Shown: positions 25,025 to 39,347 of the stretch, piece after piece | Position numbering within the stretch: position 1 is the stretch's first letter | Layout of the letters: every line of letters begins with the position of its first letter | Assembly: GCF_963921235.1 (NCBI RefSeq) | Contig: NC_086109.1 | Location: 25,360,001-25,424,000 of the forward strand | DNA from: Mobula hypostoma | Lineage: Eukaryota | Direction: 5' to 3' | DNA: 64,000 nt | Translations under genes and position numbers: made by a program | Notes under the pieces: generated by a model | Told to the model about the DNA's origin: nothing | The model's input: the letters and a program-made list of their open reading frames with translations, nothing else | Database searches by the model: none

Positions 25025-26365
25025 CTGTCTGGGGTATTCAAGGATATCTTCAAACTCTTGCCCTGGCAGTGTGTGGTACCCATCTGCTTCAAGCAGGCTT
25101 CAATCATTCCGGTGCTCAATGAATTTTGCCCAGTGGCACTTACATCCACAGTGGGAGGCTGGTGATGAAATATATCAGCTCCTGTCTGAGTGGAGACTTG
25201 GATCTGCTCCAATTCACCTACTGAAGCAACAGGCCTACAGCAGATGCTATCTCACTGGCTGGTCACACAACCTTGTAACATCTGGAGAGTGTCCAGATGC
25301 TCTTTATTGATTACAGCTTTGCATTTAACACCATCACCCCCTCAAAACTAGTCAGTAAATTCCAAAACCTAGGCCTCCGTACCCCCTTGTACAACTGGAT
25401 CTTGACTTCTTCACTTGTAGGCCACATTAGCAAAAACATTTTCTCCGCAATCTCGATCAGCACAGGAGCACCACAACGATGTGTACTTAGCCCCCTGCTC
25501 TACTCACTTTACCCCTGACTGTATTGTTAAGTATAGCTCCAACACAGTGTACAAGTTTGCTAATGACACTACTGTTGTGGGCTGTGACAAAGGTGGTGAT
25601 GAATCAACATACGGGAGGAGATTGAAAATTTGGCTAGGTGCAATAACAGTAACCTCTCACTCAATGTCAATAAAACTAAGGAAATGATGGTAGATTTCAG
25701 GAGAGGGAAACCAAAGGTCCATGAACCAGTAATTATCAGAGGATCAGAGATGGAGAGGGTCATTAACTTTAAATTCCTGGGTGTCACTATCTCAAAGGAC
25801 CTGTCCTGGACCCATCATATAAGTATAATTGCAAAGAAAACACAACAACGATTCTACTTCCTTAGGAATCTGCTGAGATTCAGCATGTCATCAGAAGCTA
25901 GTGGATTTAGTCCAGTACATCATAGGTAAAACACTCCCAACTATTGAGCACACGTACATGAAACGCTGTCATAGGAAAGCAGCATCCATCATCAAAGATC
26001 CTCACCCCCCAGGTCATGCTCTTTTCTCGCTGCTGCCATCAGGTAGAAGGTACAGGTGCCTCAGGACCCGCTCCACCAGGTTCAAGTATAGTGACTACCC
26101 CACAACCCTCAGACACTTGGACAATGGAGGATAACTACATTCATTTAAGGACTCTTGTTACTTCATTCTCATTATTTACCGTATGTAATTTATTTATTAT
26201 CTGCATTTGCACAGTTTATTTACAGTTTACAGATCCTGTTTACAGTTACTGTTCTATAGATGTGTTAAGTATGCCCACAAAAAAAGAACCTCAGGGTTGT
26301 ATGTGGTGGGCATGTATGTACACTGATAATAAATTTTAATATATTGCACTTTGAACTTTTGAACT
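25025..26365 (+). mobile_element. Rex1/Babar LINE, 5'-truncated and decayed
   Basis: [46 protein letters not shown] and GHALFSLLPSGRRYR; ends in a ctttgaactttt tail. Confidence 0.85.
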
Positions 26366-26500
26366 TTGTTTATTTTTATCAAAGGGGATGATTTTGCATT
26401 CTCCCCCTGGAATACTCTGCTATCTTATTATCCATTAGTGCAGACAGACTATATTTCTTTGTGAGATCTATATCCTTCCCATGAGTCTGATGTACACATC

Positions 26501-27058
26501 TATGGTACCATGCAAAAGTCTTTGGCACATACACATAGCTAGGGAGCCTAAGACTTCTGCACAGTACTATAGTAATTTTATGTACAGTACTGCACTATAC
26601 TGCTGCTGCAAAAAGAAACAAATTTCATGACATATGTGAGTGATGACAAACCTGATTCTGATATGGGGGTGTATCATAGACTGAGAGTGGGAAGGGGGCA
26701 GGGAGAGGGGAATCATGTTTGGAAAAAGGGGAAGAAAGAGGGGAGGGAGCAGGAAGCACCAGAGACACATTCTGTAATGATCAGTAAACCCGTTGCTTGG
26801 ATTCAAATGACCTTGCCTGGTGTCTCAAGACTGAGTGTGTCTGCACCCATTGCCACTCCCCACCCCTGGCACTCCCTCTCTGCCATCTGTCCAACACCCC
26901 TCTTGTAGTGCTCCACCCTCGCTATTCCCAACATCCTTTGCACAAGCCAGATTTACAAACTTTTCTCCGCACCACATTGACAAATACAGTATTGTACAAA
27001 AGCCTTATGCACCTTAGCCATATATATATGTGCCAAAAACTTTTTCATAGTACTGTAC
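26501..27058. mobile_element. Tc1/mariner-type MITE with palindromic termini
   Basis: The TIR motif CAGTACTGTGCAAAAGTCTTAGGCAC-like occurs four times, as inverted pairs at 26501-26570 and 26985-27058. The ends are flanked by TA. Confidence 0.6.
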
Positions 27059-27084
27059 AGCTATAAGGGGTAATATAAGAGGAA

Positions 27085-27718
27085 GGGAGGGAGGAGAAGA
27101 TGGCAGCGTGACACAACACGTGTAGCCTCTCCGGTGAAATGATATCGTATTTGTAAGTAGGATGCTGTGCACAATTCTCATTTGATGGAGACAGCCGTGA
27201 GAGCACAGAGGAACATCTGGAGTAATTTCTGAAATGCCCGGTTCGCTGCCATTGCTACTGTGCGACTGAGAATCTCCAGAGGGAAGGCCCCAAAATCTTC
27301 AGCTTTGCCTGCTGCTGGCGACCGGGGCTGGGGTCGAAGCGTTCGGCAGAGATGGTGCTCAGTGCTCGGTGTCGGAGGGCCGGTCGGAGCTCGAAGTTTT
27401 CGGACGATTCAGAGTCGGACTGTGGTCGGGCATGGCAGGGAGAGTTTTCTTCCTTCTCCCGTCTGCGTGAGATGTGGGACTTTCGAGAGACTTTGAACTT
27501 TTTTACTGTGCTCACGGCCTGTTCTTCATCAAGTTACGGTACTGCTTGCACTGTTGTAACTATATGTTATAATTATGTGGTTTTGTCAGTTTTTCAGTCT
27601 TGGTCTGTCCTGTGTTTCTGTGAAATCACACCGGGGGAATATTGTATCATTTCTTAATGCATGCATTACTAAATGACAATAAAAAAGGACTGCATGTCCT
27701 CATAATCTAATCTAATCA
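27085..27718 (+). mobile_element. GC/CpG-rich non-autonomous retroposon with an (AATCT)n tail
   Basis: Starts near AAGATGGCAGCG and retains CpGs in its body. Ends GACAATAAA..ATAATCTAATCTAATC, resembling Rex1-type tails. Confidence 0.5.
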
Positions 27719-29015
27719 GAATAAACTAGCAAGGACCCCCACCATCCAGGCCATGCTCTCTTCTCAGTGTTGCCATTGGGTAGGAGGTACGGGAGCCTCA
27801 GGACCCACACCACCATGCTCAGGAACAATTATTGCCTCGCATGCATCAGGCTCCTGAACCAGAAGGGATAACATCACTCACCCCAACCAGAACCTATGGA
27901 ATCACTTTCAAGGATTCTATAACTGATGCTGTCGATATTATTTATTTATTATTATCATTTTGTTTTTTGTTTGTGCACTTGCACCATTTGTCATCCTTTG
28001 CACATTGTTGTTTCTCTTTGTTTGGATGTAGTTTTTCCACTGATTCTATTGTGCTTCTTTGTAACTGCTGCGAAGGCCCGCAAAAAAAAAAAGAATCTCA
28101 GGGTAGTATATGGTGGCATATACTTACTTTGATATTAAATTTACTTTGAACTTTGAAAATCTTTGACCTGAATTATTAAGTTTGCTTTTCTTCCCACAGA
28201 TGGCACCTGAGCTGTTGGGTAATTTTAGACTGTTCCATATTTATTTCATCATCTACAATTTCTTCATATTGCCAGCAAAGTTGCTTACATCACTGATTTT
28301 ACATTATCTATATATGTGCATATTGCTGCCGAGGCCAACCATTTGTCCATCTCCTGGAATAGGTGGCGTTGAACTGATTTTATTTATTTCTTTATTTTAT
28401 TTTTACTTCATGTGGTAACAGGCCCTTCCTGCTCCAGCTGCCTAATTACACCCATGTGACCAATCAAACTACTAACCCATACATCTTAGGAATGCAGGAG
28501 TAAACCAGAGCACCCAGTGGAAAGCCATGTGATCATGGGGAGATCGTACAAACTCCTTACAAACAGCAGATTTGTCCTCAGATCACTGCACTGTTAAAAG
28601 ATACTCTCCACTATGTAACTATAGACGTCTGTCAAACGTTTTGGACAATATGCCAAATCAGAGTACCTTTCAATTATTTTTAATCTCTCCATCTTGTCCC
28701 TCAGCCAAGTTCTCAATAACTTACTCTGATTATTTCAATCTACCTAACCTCTTCCTATCAAAAAAAATGTATCCAGTTTCAGTAATTGATAACATTTGGA
28801 GATCTTTTTGAATTTTTGATCTTTTAGTTTGGAGACAGTGCAGAAGGTGGTGAGATTAGAGGGCATGTGTTATGAGGAGAAGTTGTACAAAGTTGGGTTG
28901 TTTTGCTCTGGACAGTGGAGTCTGAGAAGAGACTAAATAGATGTTTATAAGATTATGAACGGCACTGGAGGAAATTGCACTGAAGGTGAGAGGTAATAAG
29001 TTCAACGAGTGTCAT

Positions 29016-29509
29016 ACCTAATGAAGTGGCCAGAGTACATGTCTATGGCCTTCTGCTGCTGTTACCCACCTGCTTCAAGGTTTGACAGGTTGTGCATTCA
29101 GAGATGCTCTCCTACACACACTTGAGTTACCATCGCCTTCTTGTCAGACTGAACAAGTCTCTCCATTCTCCTCTGACTTCTCTCATTAACAAGGCATTTT
29201 CGCCCACAGAACTGCCGCTCACTGGATTTTTTTTTTTTTGTTTTTGTTTTTCATACTATTCTCTGTAAACTGTTGTGTGTGAAAATCCCAGGGTATCAGC
29301 AGTTTCTGAGATACTCAAACCACAACGCTGGCACCACCAATCATGCCATGGTCAAAGTCACTTTGATTACATTTCTTCCACATTAGATGTTTGGTCTGAA
29401 CAACTGAACCTCTTGACCATGTCTTCATGTTTTTGCATGGTTGGCTGATTAGATATTTGCATTAATGAGCAGTGGTACAGGTGTACCTAATAAAGTGGCC
29501 ACTGAGTGT
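29016..29509. mobile_element. Non-autonomous Tc1-like DNA element
   Basis: Right TIR GGTGTACCTAATAAAGTGGCCACTGAGTG at ~29480-29508. A related partial copy with left end TACACTCAG lies at 32097-32335. Confidence 0.6.
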
Positions 29510-29954
29510 GCAAAGTGATACTTGGCAAATATAATGTGAAAGTTCCCTCTTGTAGCTCCCAGGTCATTAAGTTTGCTGAATTTAGCTGGCTTTCAGTCTG
29601 ATTCAACCAATCAGGAACCTGCACTCCTTGTAATTGCAAAGCGTATGTTTGTTTCAGATAAAAACCTCCTACCACAGCAGAATTATCTCCCATGTGTCTC
29701 TTGGCAATGGTTCATCGTCGTAATGTAAATTGCTGAAACTTAAAAGCTGATAAAGGCTTCCACTGATGAGGGCAAATTTTTGTTCCAGGATCTGAGGCTG
29801 TGTGGAAGCAACAGATAAAGCAAACATAATGTAGGACAGAGACTGTAAGACAGAGGTGAAGAGGGAATGAATGATTGAAGTCGAAGGGATGAGTGTGCTC
29901 AGAGAAAACAGATAAATAAGTAGGCATTCAAGTGTGGCAACCAAGAAAGTTACA

Positions 29955-31850
29955 AGAGGTCCAGGTACGATCTCCGGAAAAACATCTCACAGGCAAAGTG
30001 GCAATTCTTGACTAAACTTGAATCAACGAATGATGTTCAGCAACTGTGGCAGGGCTTAGAGGTTATCACCTCTTACACAGGGAAATCAGTGACAAAAGGG
30101 CTTCGCTTCCAGATGAGCTCAATGCCTCCTATGCTGGCTTTGACCATTAAGACATGGAGGACCCATTACAGACACCCGCAGGTCCCTGACCATCCTGTGA
30201 TTTCAGTCTCTGAGGCAGATGTGAGAGAATCGTTCAGGAGAAGGAACCCACAGAAAGCATCCGATCCAATGGGATACCTGTCCGAGTGTTAAAAACCTAT
30301 ACTGATCAACTGGCTGGAGTGCTTACTGAGATCTTTAATTTCTTACTTCGGCAGTCTGAGTTACCCATCTGCTTCAAGTAGACTTCAATTATATCGGTGC
30401 TAAGAAGAACATGGTAACTTGCCTCAATGACTATTGTCTAGAAGCACCTGCATCACAGTGATGAAATGTTTTGAGATGCTGGTGATAAAACATATCAACT
30501 CTTGCCTGAGAAGCACCTTGGATCCGCTCCGATTTGCCTGAGTAAACAGGTCCACAATAGACGCCATTTCATTGGCTGTTCACTCAACCCTGGAACATCT
30601 GGACAACAAAGATGCATATATCAGGGTGCTCATTATCGACTATTGATCAGCATTCAATGCTATCATCCCCTCAAAACTAATCAATAAGCTTCAAGACCTT
30701 GGCCTCACTATCTCCTTGTGCAATTAGATCCTCAATTTCCTCGGCTACAGACCCCGGTCAGTTCAGATTGGCAACAGCATCTCCTCCACAATCTCCATCA
30801 GCACAGGTGCACCACAAGGCTGTGTGCTTAGCCCCCTGCTCTACTCACCTTACACTTATGATTGAGTGGCTAAGCTCCAATACCATATTTAAGTTTGTTG
30901 ATGACCGTACTGTCATAGACTGAATCAACTGGTGACAGATCAGCATCTAGGAGGGAAATTGAAAATCTAGCTGAGTGGTGCACCACAACAACCTCCTTCT
31001 CAATGCCAGCAAGACCAAGGAGCTGATTATTGACTTTTCAAGGGTAGGAACCTGCAGATTCATGAGCCAGTGCTAATCGGGGGATCAGAGGAGGAGAGGG
31101 TCAGAAAAAAATTCCTCAGTGTTATTATTTCAGAGGTCCTGTCCTAGGCCCAGCATGGAAATGCAATTAAGAAGAAAGCATGGCCTTGTCCTCTACTTCT
31201 TTGGGAGTTTGCAAAGATTCAGCATGGCATCTAAAACTTTGACAAATTTCTAGAGATGTACTTTGGAGAGCATATTGACAGGCTGCATGACAGTCTAGTA
31301 TGGAAACACCAATGCCCTTGAATGGAAAATCCTACAAAAGTTAATGGATACGGCCCACCCCACCATTGAGCACATCTATATGGAGCGTATGGAGTGACAG
31401 GAAAGCAGCATCCATCATTAAGGATCCCCCACCACCCAGGTCATGCTCTCCTCTCACTGCTGCCATCAGGGAGATGGTTCTGGAATAGTTATTACCCCTC
31501 AACCATCAGAACCCTGAACTAGGGAGGATAACACCATTCAACATCACTTGCTCCATTGCTAAACTGTTCCCACAACGTATGGATTCACTTTCAAGGACTC
31601 TTCATCTCATGTTTGCGATATTCATTGCTTGCTTGCTTGCTTGTTTATTTATTTATTTATTTGTTTGTTTGTTTGGTTTTTTTGCACAGTTTGCTGTCTT
31701 TTGCACACTGGTTGTCCACCCTGTTGATGTGGTCTTTTACTGAATCTATTATTATTATTGGATTTATTGAGTATGACCACAGGAAAATGAATCTCAGGGT
31801 ACATATTGTGACACATCATAATAGATATAATAAATTTACTTTGAAATCTG
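29955..31850 (+). mobile_element. Rex1/Babar LINE, 5'-truncated and decayed
   Basis: [29 protein letters not shown] and HHPGHALLSLLPSG motifs; ends aataaatttactttgaa. Confidence 0.85.
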
Positions 31851-32662
31851 AATGTTGAACTAGAGAAAAAGAAAGAAAGCCAGAGTCCAGGATGATGAAA
31901 GAAGCAGAAAGAAGAAAGAGAGAAGCAGATAAGGAAAGAGATGCATGCAGACTGTCACCATTGTTTCTCCTGTTCCTCTGGTATAACTTATGCAAGGTGG
32001 GACAGAGATAGAGTTTTTCCACTAGATTTCCAGTGATGTCATTTTGGGAAAAGCCCTTGAAAAATATTCCCAGAAGAAGCAGGAAGGTGCAAGTAGTACA
32101 CTCAGTTGTCACTTCTTAGCCAGCTCCAGGACCTAATAAAGAGTCCACTGAGTGTATGGTCATGGTCTTCTGCTGCAGCCCATCCACTTCAACGTCTCTT
32201 CTGTACACCACTGTTGTAACATGTGGCTATTTGAATTACTGTCACCTTCCTGTCAGCTTGAACCAGTCTGGTCATTTTCCCTCCTCATAGAACTGGATCT
32301 CTATTTTTACATTTTTCATACTATTCTCTGTAAATCATGAACTTCATCAAGGACTACCTGGATTCCTATCTCGGGCAATGTACTTCATAAACATTTAAGT
32401 TGGATACCAATTAAAGACATTTATTGACAATGACTAGAATTCTTTTATAACTGGTATAATTGACAAAATGTTTATTTGTCTAAATATTTGACAGGAGTCA
32501 GAAATAAAGGCATAAAATGCAGGCAATATCCACACAAGTAGAAATAGAGTTAATGTTTCAGTATTTCAGGCCAAAAACATTAACTGAGTTTCTTTTCTAC
32601 AGATGCTGTCTAATATATTGAGTGTTTCAAGTATTTTCTGCCTCTTACATCAGATTTCCAAT

Positions 32663-32664
32663 AT

Positions 32665-32731
<67 letters not shown>

Positions 32732-32757
32732 TGAGAGTGTGTGTGTGTGTGTGGGGT

Positions 32758-32789
<32 letters not shown>

Positions 32790-32790
32790 C
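32663..32790 (+). repeat. Compound (GT)n/(GA)n microsatellite
   Basis: Read directly. Confidence 0.95.
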
Positions 32791-34869
32791 AGTTTAGGTG
32801 ATTCTGATCATTCTCTCCCCTCCCACTAGTTCCTTCCTGTACCCAAGAACAAAGCCTAGTGATTGAAGTAATAATAAAGAAAACAATAAGCAGCAACTTC
32901 TAAAGAAGTTGCTGATTTTTATTGTTTATTTTTGCTACTAGTTGGGGTTTTCCTTGTAGAATTCTTGGATAATTTATGGTATTCATCTGAAGCTTGAGTC
33001 TATAATGTTTGGCGCCTTTAATGTAACCGCAGGTAAGTTTTTCATTGTGCCTTTGCATATGATAATAAACTTGAGTTCACTTGACTTTACTTATGTTGTA
33101 CAGCAACAGCATATGATCAACCAGGATTTTCTTTGCCTTCTGTATTTGCTTTGTTGCCCCTGCCCTTTCTTGGAACTGCGAGAGAACTTGCTAGGCACAT
33201 CAAGAGACATTGGAGTCAAAAAAAACTTATTATAGTAGAGAAGATGAGGACAGGTAATACATCAGAGGTAGATCTCACTCCTCTACTGACAGCAGCTAAT
33301 TACATAAACTGATTCTGTATCTCAATCCATGGAGATGAAGATGAAAGCAGTTTATCAACAGAATGATGTGTATATAAGATTAAGGAGCTATGAGTCACAG
33401 GGGGCCCTCGTTGAATTACCTACATATTTCTGAGAAAAAAAGTCAATCTTGCCCATTTGTAATATTGTCACACTAAAACATTTTATCATTCAGATGATGA
33501 ATCATTAATAAATATAATATATTGGATAGAATTAAAATCATAATTGACTTGAGATAATTCTCTAGAAATTACTGTGTCTTCCTTGCTTAAATTTCATTCA
33601 ATTTTAAACAGATTTCCTTTCATAAGTAATAAATCAAGTCAGCGTATTTTCAACCCTGCTCAAGATAAGGTTAAGAACTGGCAACAAAAGTGACTTAGAA
33701 CAATTGAGATTATATTAATAGTCATGGGAAACTTACTCCATTATTGTTAAATGATGGGTGACAGCGGGAGAGAAGGATAGGCAAATACCCAGTTGGAGTT
33801 GGGTATATTCAGTGCGAATGATGGATATTAAATAGGGATGAAAAACATTGAATGGAGATGATGGCTAGACAATGAGAGGAGATCACACAAGGATATTCAA
33901 CAGGAGTGAGGAAACTGACCCCACTATCCCTGCTTGTGTATTAAATTTTCTAGCTGTGAGTCTCCCAGTGCATTGTCAGAGGTGACAGGAGCAAAGGCCT
34001 TGTGCTTGTGCTGCCAAGAGATCTTTTCACTGTTGCCAAGTATTTCTGTTGTCATCTGAAAACATAAAACATAGAACATTACAGCACAGTACAGGTCCAC
34101 AATGTTATGCCATACTCTTACTCAAGATCAATTTAACCCTTCCCTCCTGCAGAGTCCTTCATTTTTATATCATCCAAGTGGCTACCCAAGATTTCCTGAA
34201 ATGCCTCTAATGTATCTGCTTCTTCCACCAGCCCTGGCAGGGTGTTCCACGCAGCCGCCATTCTGTGTAAAAATAAAACTTAGACTATTTTTTTACGGTT
34301 AAACTTAAACTGTTGAAAAATAATTGAAATTATTAACAATAGAATTTTTTTTTAATTAAGGTGAATGAACTTATTAAAAGCACTTGAAAATATTATGAAT
34401 TAGTTAAAACATTAGAAATATTAAGATAAATAAAGACCATCAAAAACAAAACTTAACCTTTTAAAGGGAAGACAGCGACTTCTATTCAAATAAATGAAGC
34501 TGTGTTTGCTGCCCTTGCAGTCGCGAGTGAAAATCTGACCAGCCAAATACAGATTGGGATAGGCCTTTTCGTTGAGCAATTAACAAATTGCTCCTGGGTT
34601 TAAAGCGAGAGAAGTCTGTACAATGGAGTACAAGGTGAGGAGAATACTTACTGGGAAAGAAGGATATTGAAAGAACATGCTAAACAGCAATACTTAAAAA
34701 TATTCATTCAGTATGGAGAATATTCACTAACGATATAGCTTATTCAAATGGGTCTGGGAACCATAGATTTTCCCTCTTTGTCCTTGTTTTAATCTTACTC
34801 CTTTTTTAACTGCTAATTCCTCTTTATAAATACACAATACTGCTTGAGTAGTAATACGGTTCTGGTATG

Positions 34870-35135
34870 TTAGCGTAGTGGCTAGTACAATGCTTTACCA
34901 CACCAGCAACCAGGGTTCGAATCCCGCCACTGTCCGTACATTCTCCCTGCAACTGCATGAGCACCCTCTGGGTGCTCCAGTTTCTTCCCACAGTCCAAAG
35001 ACGTACCAGTCGGTAGGTTAATTGGTCATTGTAAATTGTCCTGTGCTTAGGCTAGGGTTAAATCGGGGGTTGTTGGTTCGGCTTGGCTTGAAGGGCCGGA
35101 AATGCCTACTCTGCACTGTATCCCAATGAATAAAT
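34870..35135 (+). mobile_element. tRNA-derived V-SINE
   Basis: TAGCGTAGTGG box A, GGTTCGAATCC box B, V-domain remnant and ggttaattggtcattgtaaattgtcc tail. Confidence 0.8.
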
Positions 35136-36689
35136 ACCATCGTGATATTCTTTCATTCTTACCCTCTATTTATTATCTAATGACTAGTATGCCATTTCCC
35201 ATCTTTTGCATTAATATCAGAATCTCAAAATCACCCCTTTCCTTTCTGCTCTGCTGAAAAAGCTCCCTCTTCATATTGGATAATGATTGTGTCAAGAGAA
35301 CTGGGGTTCATGTGCTGGAAAGGGCCACGAACCTTGCCTCTAAATTCAGTACATTCAGTCTTCACGCTTTTATCTTAATTCTTCACCACATATGTTTACT
35401 CCTGATAGAGTTTCATTCATCTACAAATTGCCTTGACAACTGAGTATGTTGAAAGGCCACTTCAACAGTAACTAGAGGGCTTGAAATGTAAACCAGTGGT
35501 GAGATGCTTCCTGCCCGATATATCTTTTCAATTTATCTTGTCATTTTTCTTCTGTTTTGAATCTCGATGTTGCTGCAAAGGGCTTTGGCTCTTCAACCGC
35601 TTTTTCCACTTTTCTTTTAACTAAAGTTTAACATTTCTATTTTACACATCAGCTTTCAAATATGACCAAATTAAAATTGATAAAATTATCATTGAGTTTC
35701 CAATGTAATGGCATGAGCAAAGTTTGAAGTGAAACCACCTCAAGAAGACAGATTTTTACTTGCATTAAACATTATAATGTAGGAGAGGACCGTGTAATGT
35801 TCTTTCAAACTCTTAGTCAGAGACTAAAAGCGAATGTTGCTATAGTGCACACCAGACTGTCGGTGATTGATGTCCAGTTTTGTAAATGTAAACCGCTATC
35901 ACACAGATAATAGCATCAATGAACAGCAATGATGGACGTTTAATTTTCACTCTTTCATGTATCATAAAATTTCTACTTGCCTGCTGAATTTTGACCATTT
36001 GAAATTCAGTTTTGAATCAGTGGTTCTGATCACATGCTTAATAAGAGCTCTTTTCTCCAGGCAAACAGCCCATCTGGCTTTCAAATCATACTTAATTGAA
36101 GCAACTTGGAAGAATCAAAACTGACAACGCTGGCCACTCAGCATGCCAGGCAGTATCTATGGACAAATGAAAGTTAACTTTCCATGTCAAGATTCTTACA
36201 AGCCTAATGAAAATCTGCAGATTGTAGATGAATAAACTTTAGTTTGCTTTTTCTGTGTACACTATTTGAGCTGCTTGAAGTTTTCCATGTATTCATTTTT
36301 ATTTCACAATCCCAGTACTTTCTGTTAAGCTTAAGACATAATAGTGCTGCTAGGTAGAGAAACAATTCCTTTGAGGTGCCTGTTTGGTTACCTACCCTGG
36401 TTCCTACAAGTACACTAAGTCACGGTGTGATCTCACCTCAGTAGTGATGGATGGAAGAGCTAAACGTCAATGAATAATTCAATAACAGAAACATGGTGTA
36501 GGATGATACTAAAGTGCGGAGCATTGGGATGTACATCATTAAATGATTGAGGCTAAGAAATAAGATCTCAATTCTCAGTTCAAACCACAGGTAACTGACA
36601 AGTAGAGTGGTATATATAAATGATGTTATTAGCCATAAGTGGCCCGGCCAAAACCTGTAGAGTTCAATATGCCCTCAGTATATTCCTAC

Positions 36690-37055
36690 ACTTTTCGTCC
36701 CTCTTCCCTCCGGGAGAAGGCTCAGGAGCTTGAAGACTCGTACGGCCAGATTTGGGAACAGCTTCTTTCCAACTGTGATAAGACTGCTGAATGGATCCTG
36801 ACCCGGATCTGGGCCGTACCCTCCGAATATCCTGATCTGCCTCTCGGTTTTTTTGCACTACCTTACTTTCCATTTTTCCATTTTCTATTTACAATTTATA
36901 ATTTAAATGTTTAATATTTACTAATTTTTTGCTATTTTTAATATTGAATATTTGTAATCCAGGGAGCGGGAAGTGCAGAATCAAATATCGCTGTGATGAT
37001 TGTATGTTCTAGTATCAATTGTTTGGCAACAATAAAGTATAAAGTATAAAGTATA
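36690..37055 (+). mobile_element. Rex1-type LINE 3' end
   Basis: Closely matches the reverse complement of 54610-54950; ends in a TAAAGTATAAAGTATAAAGTA tail. Confidence 0.8.
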
Positions 37056-37429
37056 CTGCCTCTGCTGTATACAGAATGTATATTAGTATAGAAACTTTCT
37101 GTTCTCTCGGTGATCCATGCATGTGCTGTAGCCTCCTTTAAGCAACCTGTATCTACATGCTCTGTGACCTGAATATGCCCTATGCACTGTTGCACACAAA
37201 CTGAACCCTCTTGATACTTACCCACCAGTGCCCTTTTGTATGCAAGTTGTGCTTCCTTGTACACATGCTGCACCCTCTCACGTACTGGTCCTCTGGTACA
37301 AATCATCTGATACCATTCTAAATCATCCGGTTCCCTGTTGTTACACAAATATGAATAAAGCAGGATGTTGGATAAAGGATGCGCAATAAAGATTAGGTGT
37401 TGAATTCATTTATTTATTTAAAGATGGAC

Positions 37430-38210
37430 CAGGCCCTTCTGGCCCTTTGAACCCCACCACCCAGTAACCCTCTGACTTAACCCTAGCCCAATCATAGGAT
37501 AACATACAATGAACAATTAACCTACTAAATGGTACACCTTTAAACTGTGGGAGGAAACTAGAGCACCTGGAAGAAACCTACGTGTACACGAGAATGAACG
37601 TGCAAACTTGCCTACAGAGGATGCTGGAAGTGAACTCCAAGCTCCAACATTCTGAGCTGTAATAGGGTCACGCTAACCACCATGACACCATGGTGCCCCA
37701 GTAAATGTTATCCATTTATTTGGTTTTATTGAGGGGCTTGATTGTTTAATATTTCTTCATATTTATATCTCGTACTAAATGTACACTGACACCATATTTA
37801 GATCTGGTGAAAACAAATTACAATGAATCCACAAAAAGTCACTTTAGGGCATTACAAGCAATTGTAAGATTACAAGATGGAAGGCATGGCAGTACAGTAG
37901 CGTTGTGGGAGGCACGGAAGCAGAACGGTTAGCTGTAAGATCGAGGTTCGATTCCAACCACTGTCTTTAAGGAGTTTCAAGATTCTCCTCATGACCATGT
38001 GGGTTTTCCCTGTGTGCTCCAGTTTCCTTCCATATTCCAAAGACAGATGGTTAGTGTTAGTAAGTTGTGGGCATGCTATGTTGGCATCAGAAGCATGGCG
38101 ACTCTTGTGGGATACCCTGTGCAATCTTTGCTAAGTTGATTTGATGTAAGCAATGCATTTTACTGTATGTTTCGATGTTGCAATGTACATATGATAAATA
38201 AAGCTAAACT
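37430..38210. mobile_element. Two V-SINE copies (minus ~37430-37700, plus ~37885-38210)
   Basis: V-domain motif gggttttccc..gtgctcc.gtttcct.cca on opposite strands; box B GGTTCGATTCC at ~37945. Confidence 0.7.
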
Positions 38211-38730
38211 TTTCTTACAAGATTCAGCTGATGTTATAACTCTTTGTTACTCTCCCCTGTGTTCTCCCATCACACTCACCCTAATGCAACCATCCTTCTC
38301 ACTCCCCATGTACTGTAATTTTCTGCCTTAACAATATGTACATCGTAGAAGCCATCTATTCCATCCTTGCCATGCTTATGCTCTAAGTAGCCCATCCAAC
38401 TTGGCTTAGATCTCAATATGGCCATTTATTGACAGCACTCGCTGAATGAGTGATATGGTATCCACAATAGTGATGAACAGTCAGCACTAATGGTTTCTAA
38501 TTTGCATCGGTGATTTACAATCTGACCTGTTAATTTAGAATCCACACTGCTAACTTATAGGCTGCACTATTGATTTAAAATCAGCACGAGCTATCATCAG
38601 TATTGACAAATTATGTAATGATTTTACAGAGTAAATTATTGATTGAGGTCTGTGCTCTCAAGGTACAGTCAGCATTGACAGTTTACAGTCTAGATGAGGG
38701 ATTTACCATTTGAACAAATAATTTACAGGC

Positions 38731-39347
38731 AGTTAGGGTATATTTTGGAGATAGGGTATTTTGCAATTATTAATTCAAAGTTCCAAGTCAATTTTAGTAT
38801 CAAGAGTACATACATATCACCACATACAGCCCTGAGATTTTTCTTTCCTGCGGGCATACTTAGCAAATCTGCAGAAGAGTAACTGCAAACTGTAAACATC
38901 AGGAACTGTAAACTGTAAACAAAACTGTGCAAATAATCTCTGCAATTTCACGGGCAGCCAATCTTCAGGCTTGAACGTGGATTACAGATTGAATTTAAGA
39001 GGCAGATCTGAACAGTAGTTTTCCTGAAGAGTGCACTGGAGTTGACTGCAAACCAGACAATGCTGATTAACATTCATTTTGGTTGTCTGGAGTGTGGGTG
39101 AGAAGAAGGAGGTGTGTGAAAACTATATGTAATTCAAAGGAAGCATTGTAGATACTTCGTAACTATGGAGTTGTCCTGCCACTATCTTTGATCTTTAGCA
39201 TATAAAAATGTCATGTAATATTGGGTCAGGAGGCCTCTTCCTCTAAGAGTGTCCCAGTATGATGCCTGCTGCTCATTTTTGCTGAATAAAACTCTTCTAT
39301 ATCCACTAGCTTCAGGTCTCTCCGGTGACTTTGTTCACATTACAACA
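38731..39347 (+). mobile_element. Solo LTR (copy 1), interrupted by a Rex1 3' fragment at ~38776-38935
   Basis: Colinear with 40400-40920. Has TATAAAAA, AATAAA and a CAACA end. ACAGGCAGT is repeated at both junctions. Confidence 0.7.

Noticed and set aside
35190..35620. Purine-rich minus-strand segment that looks coding
   Set aside because: Multiple stops in the frames I read and no recognisable motif.
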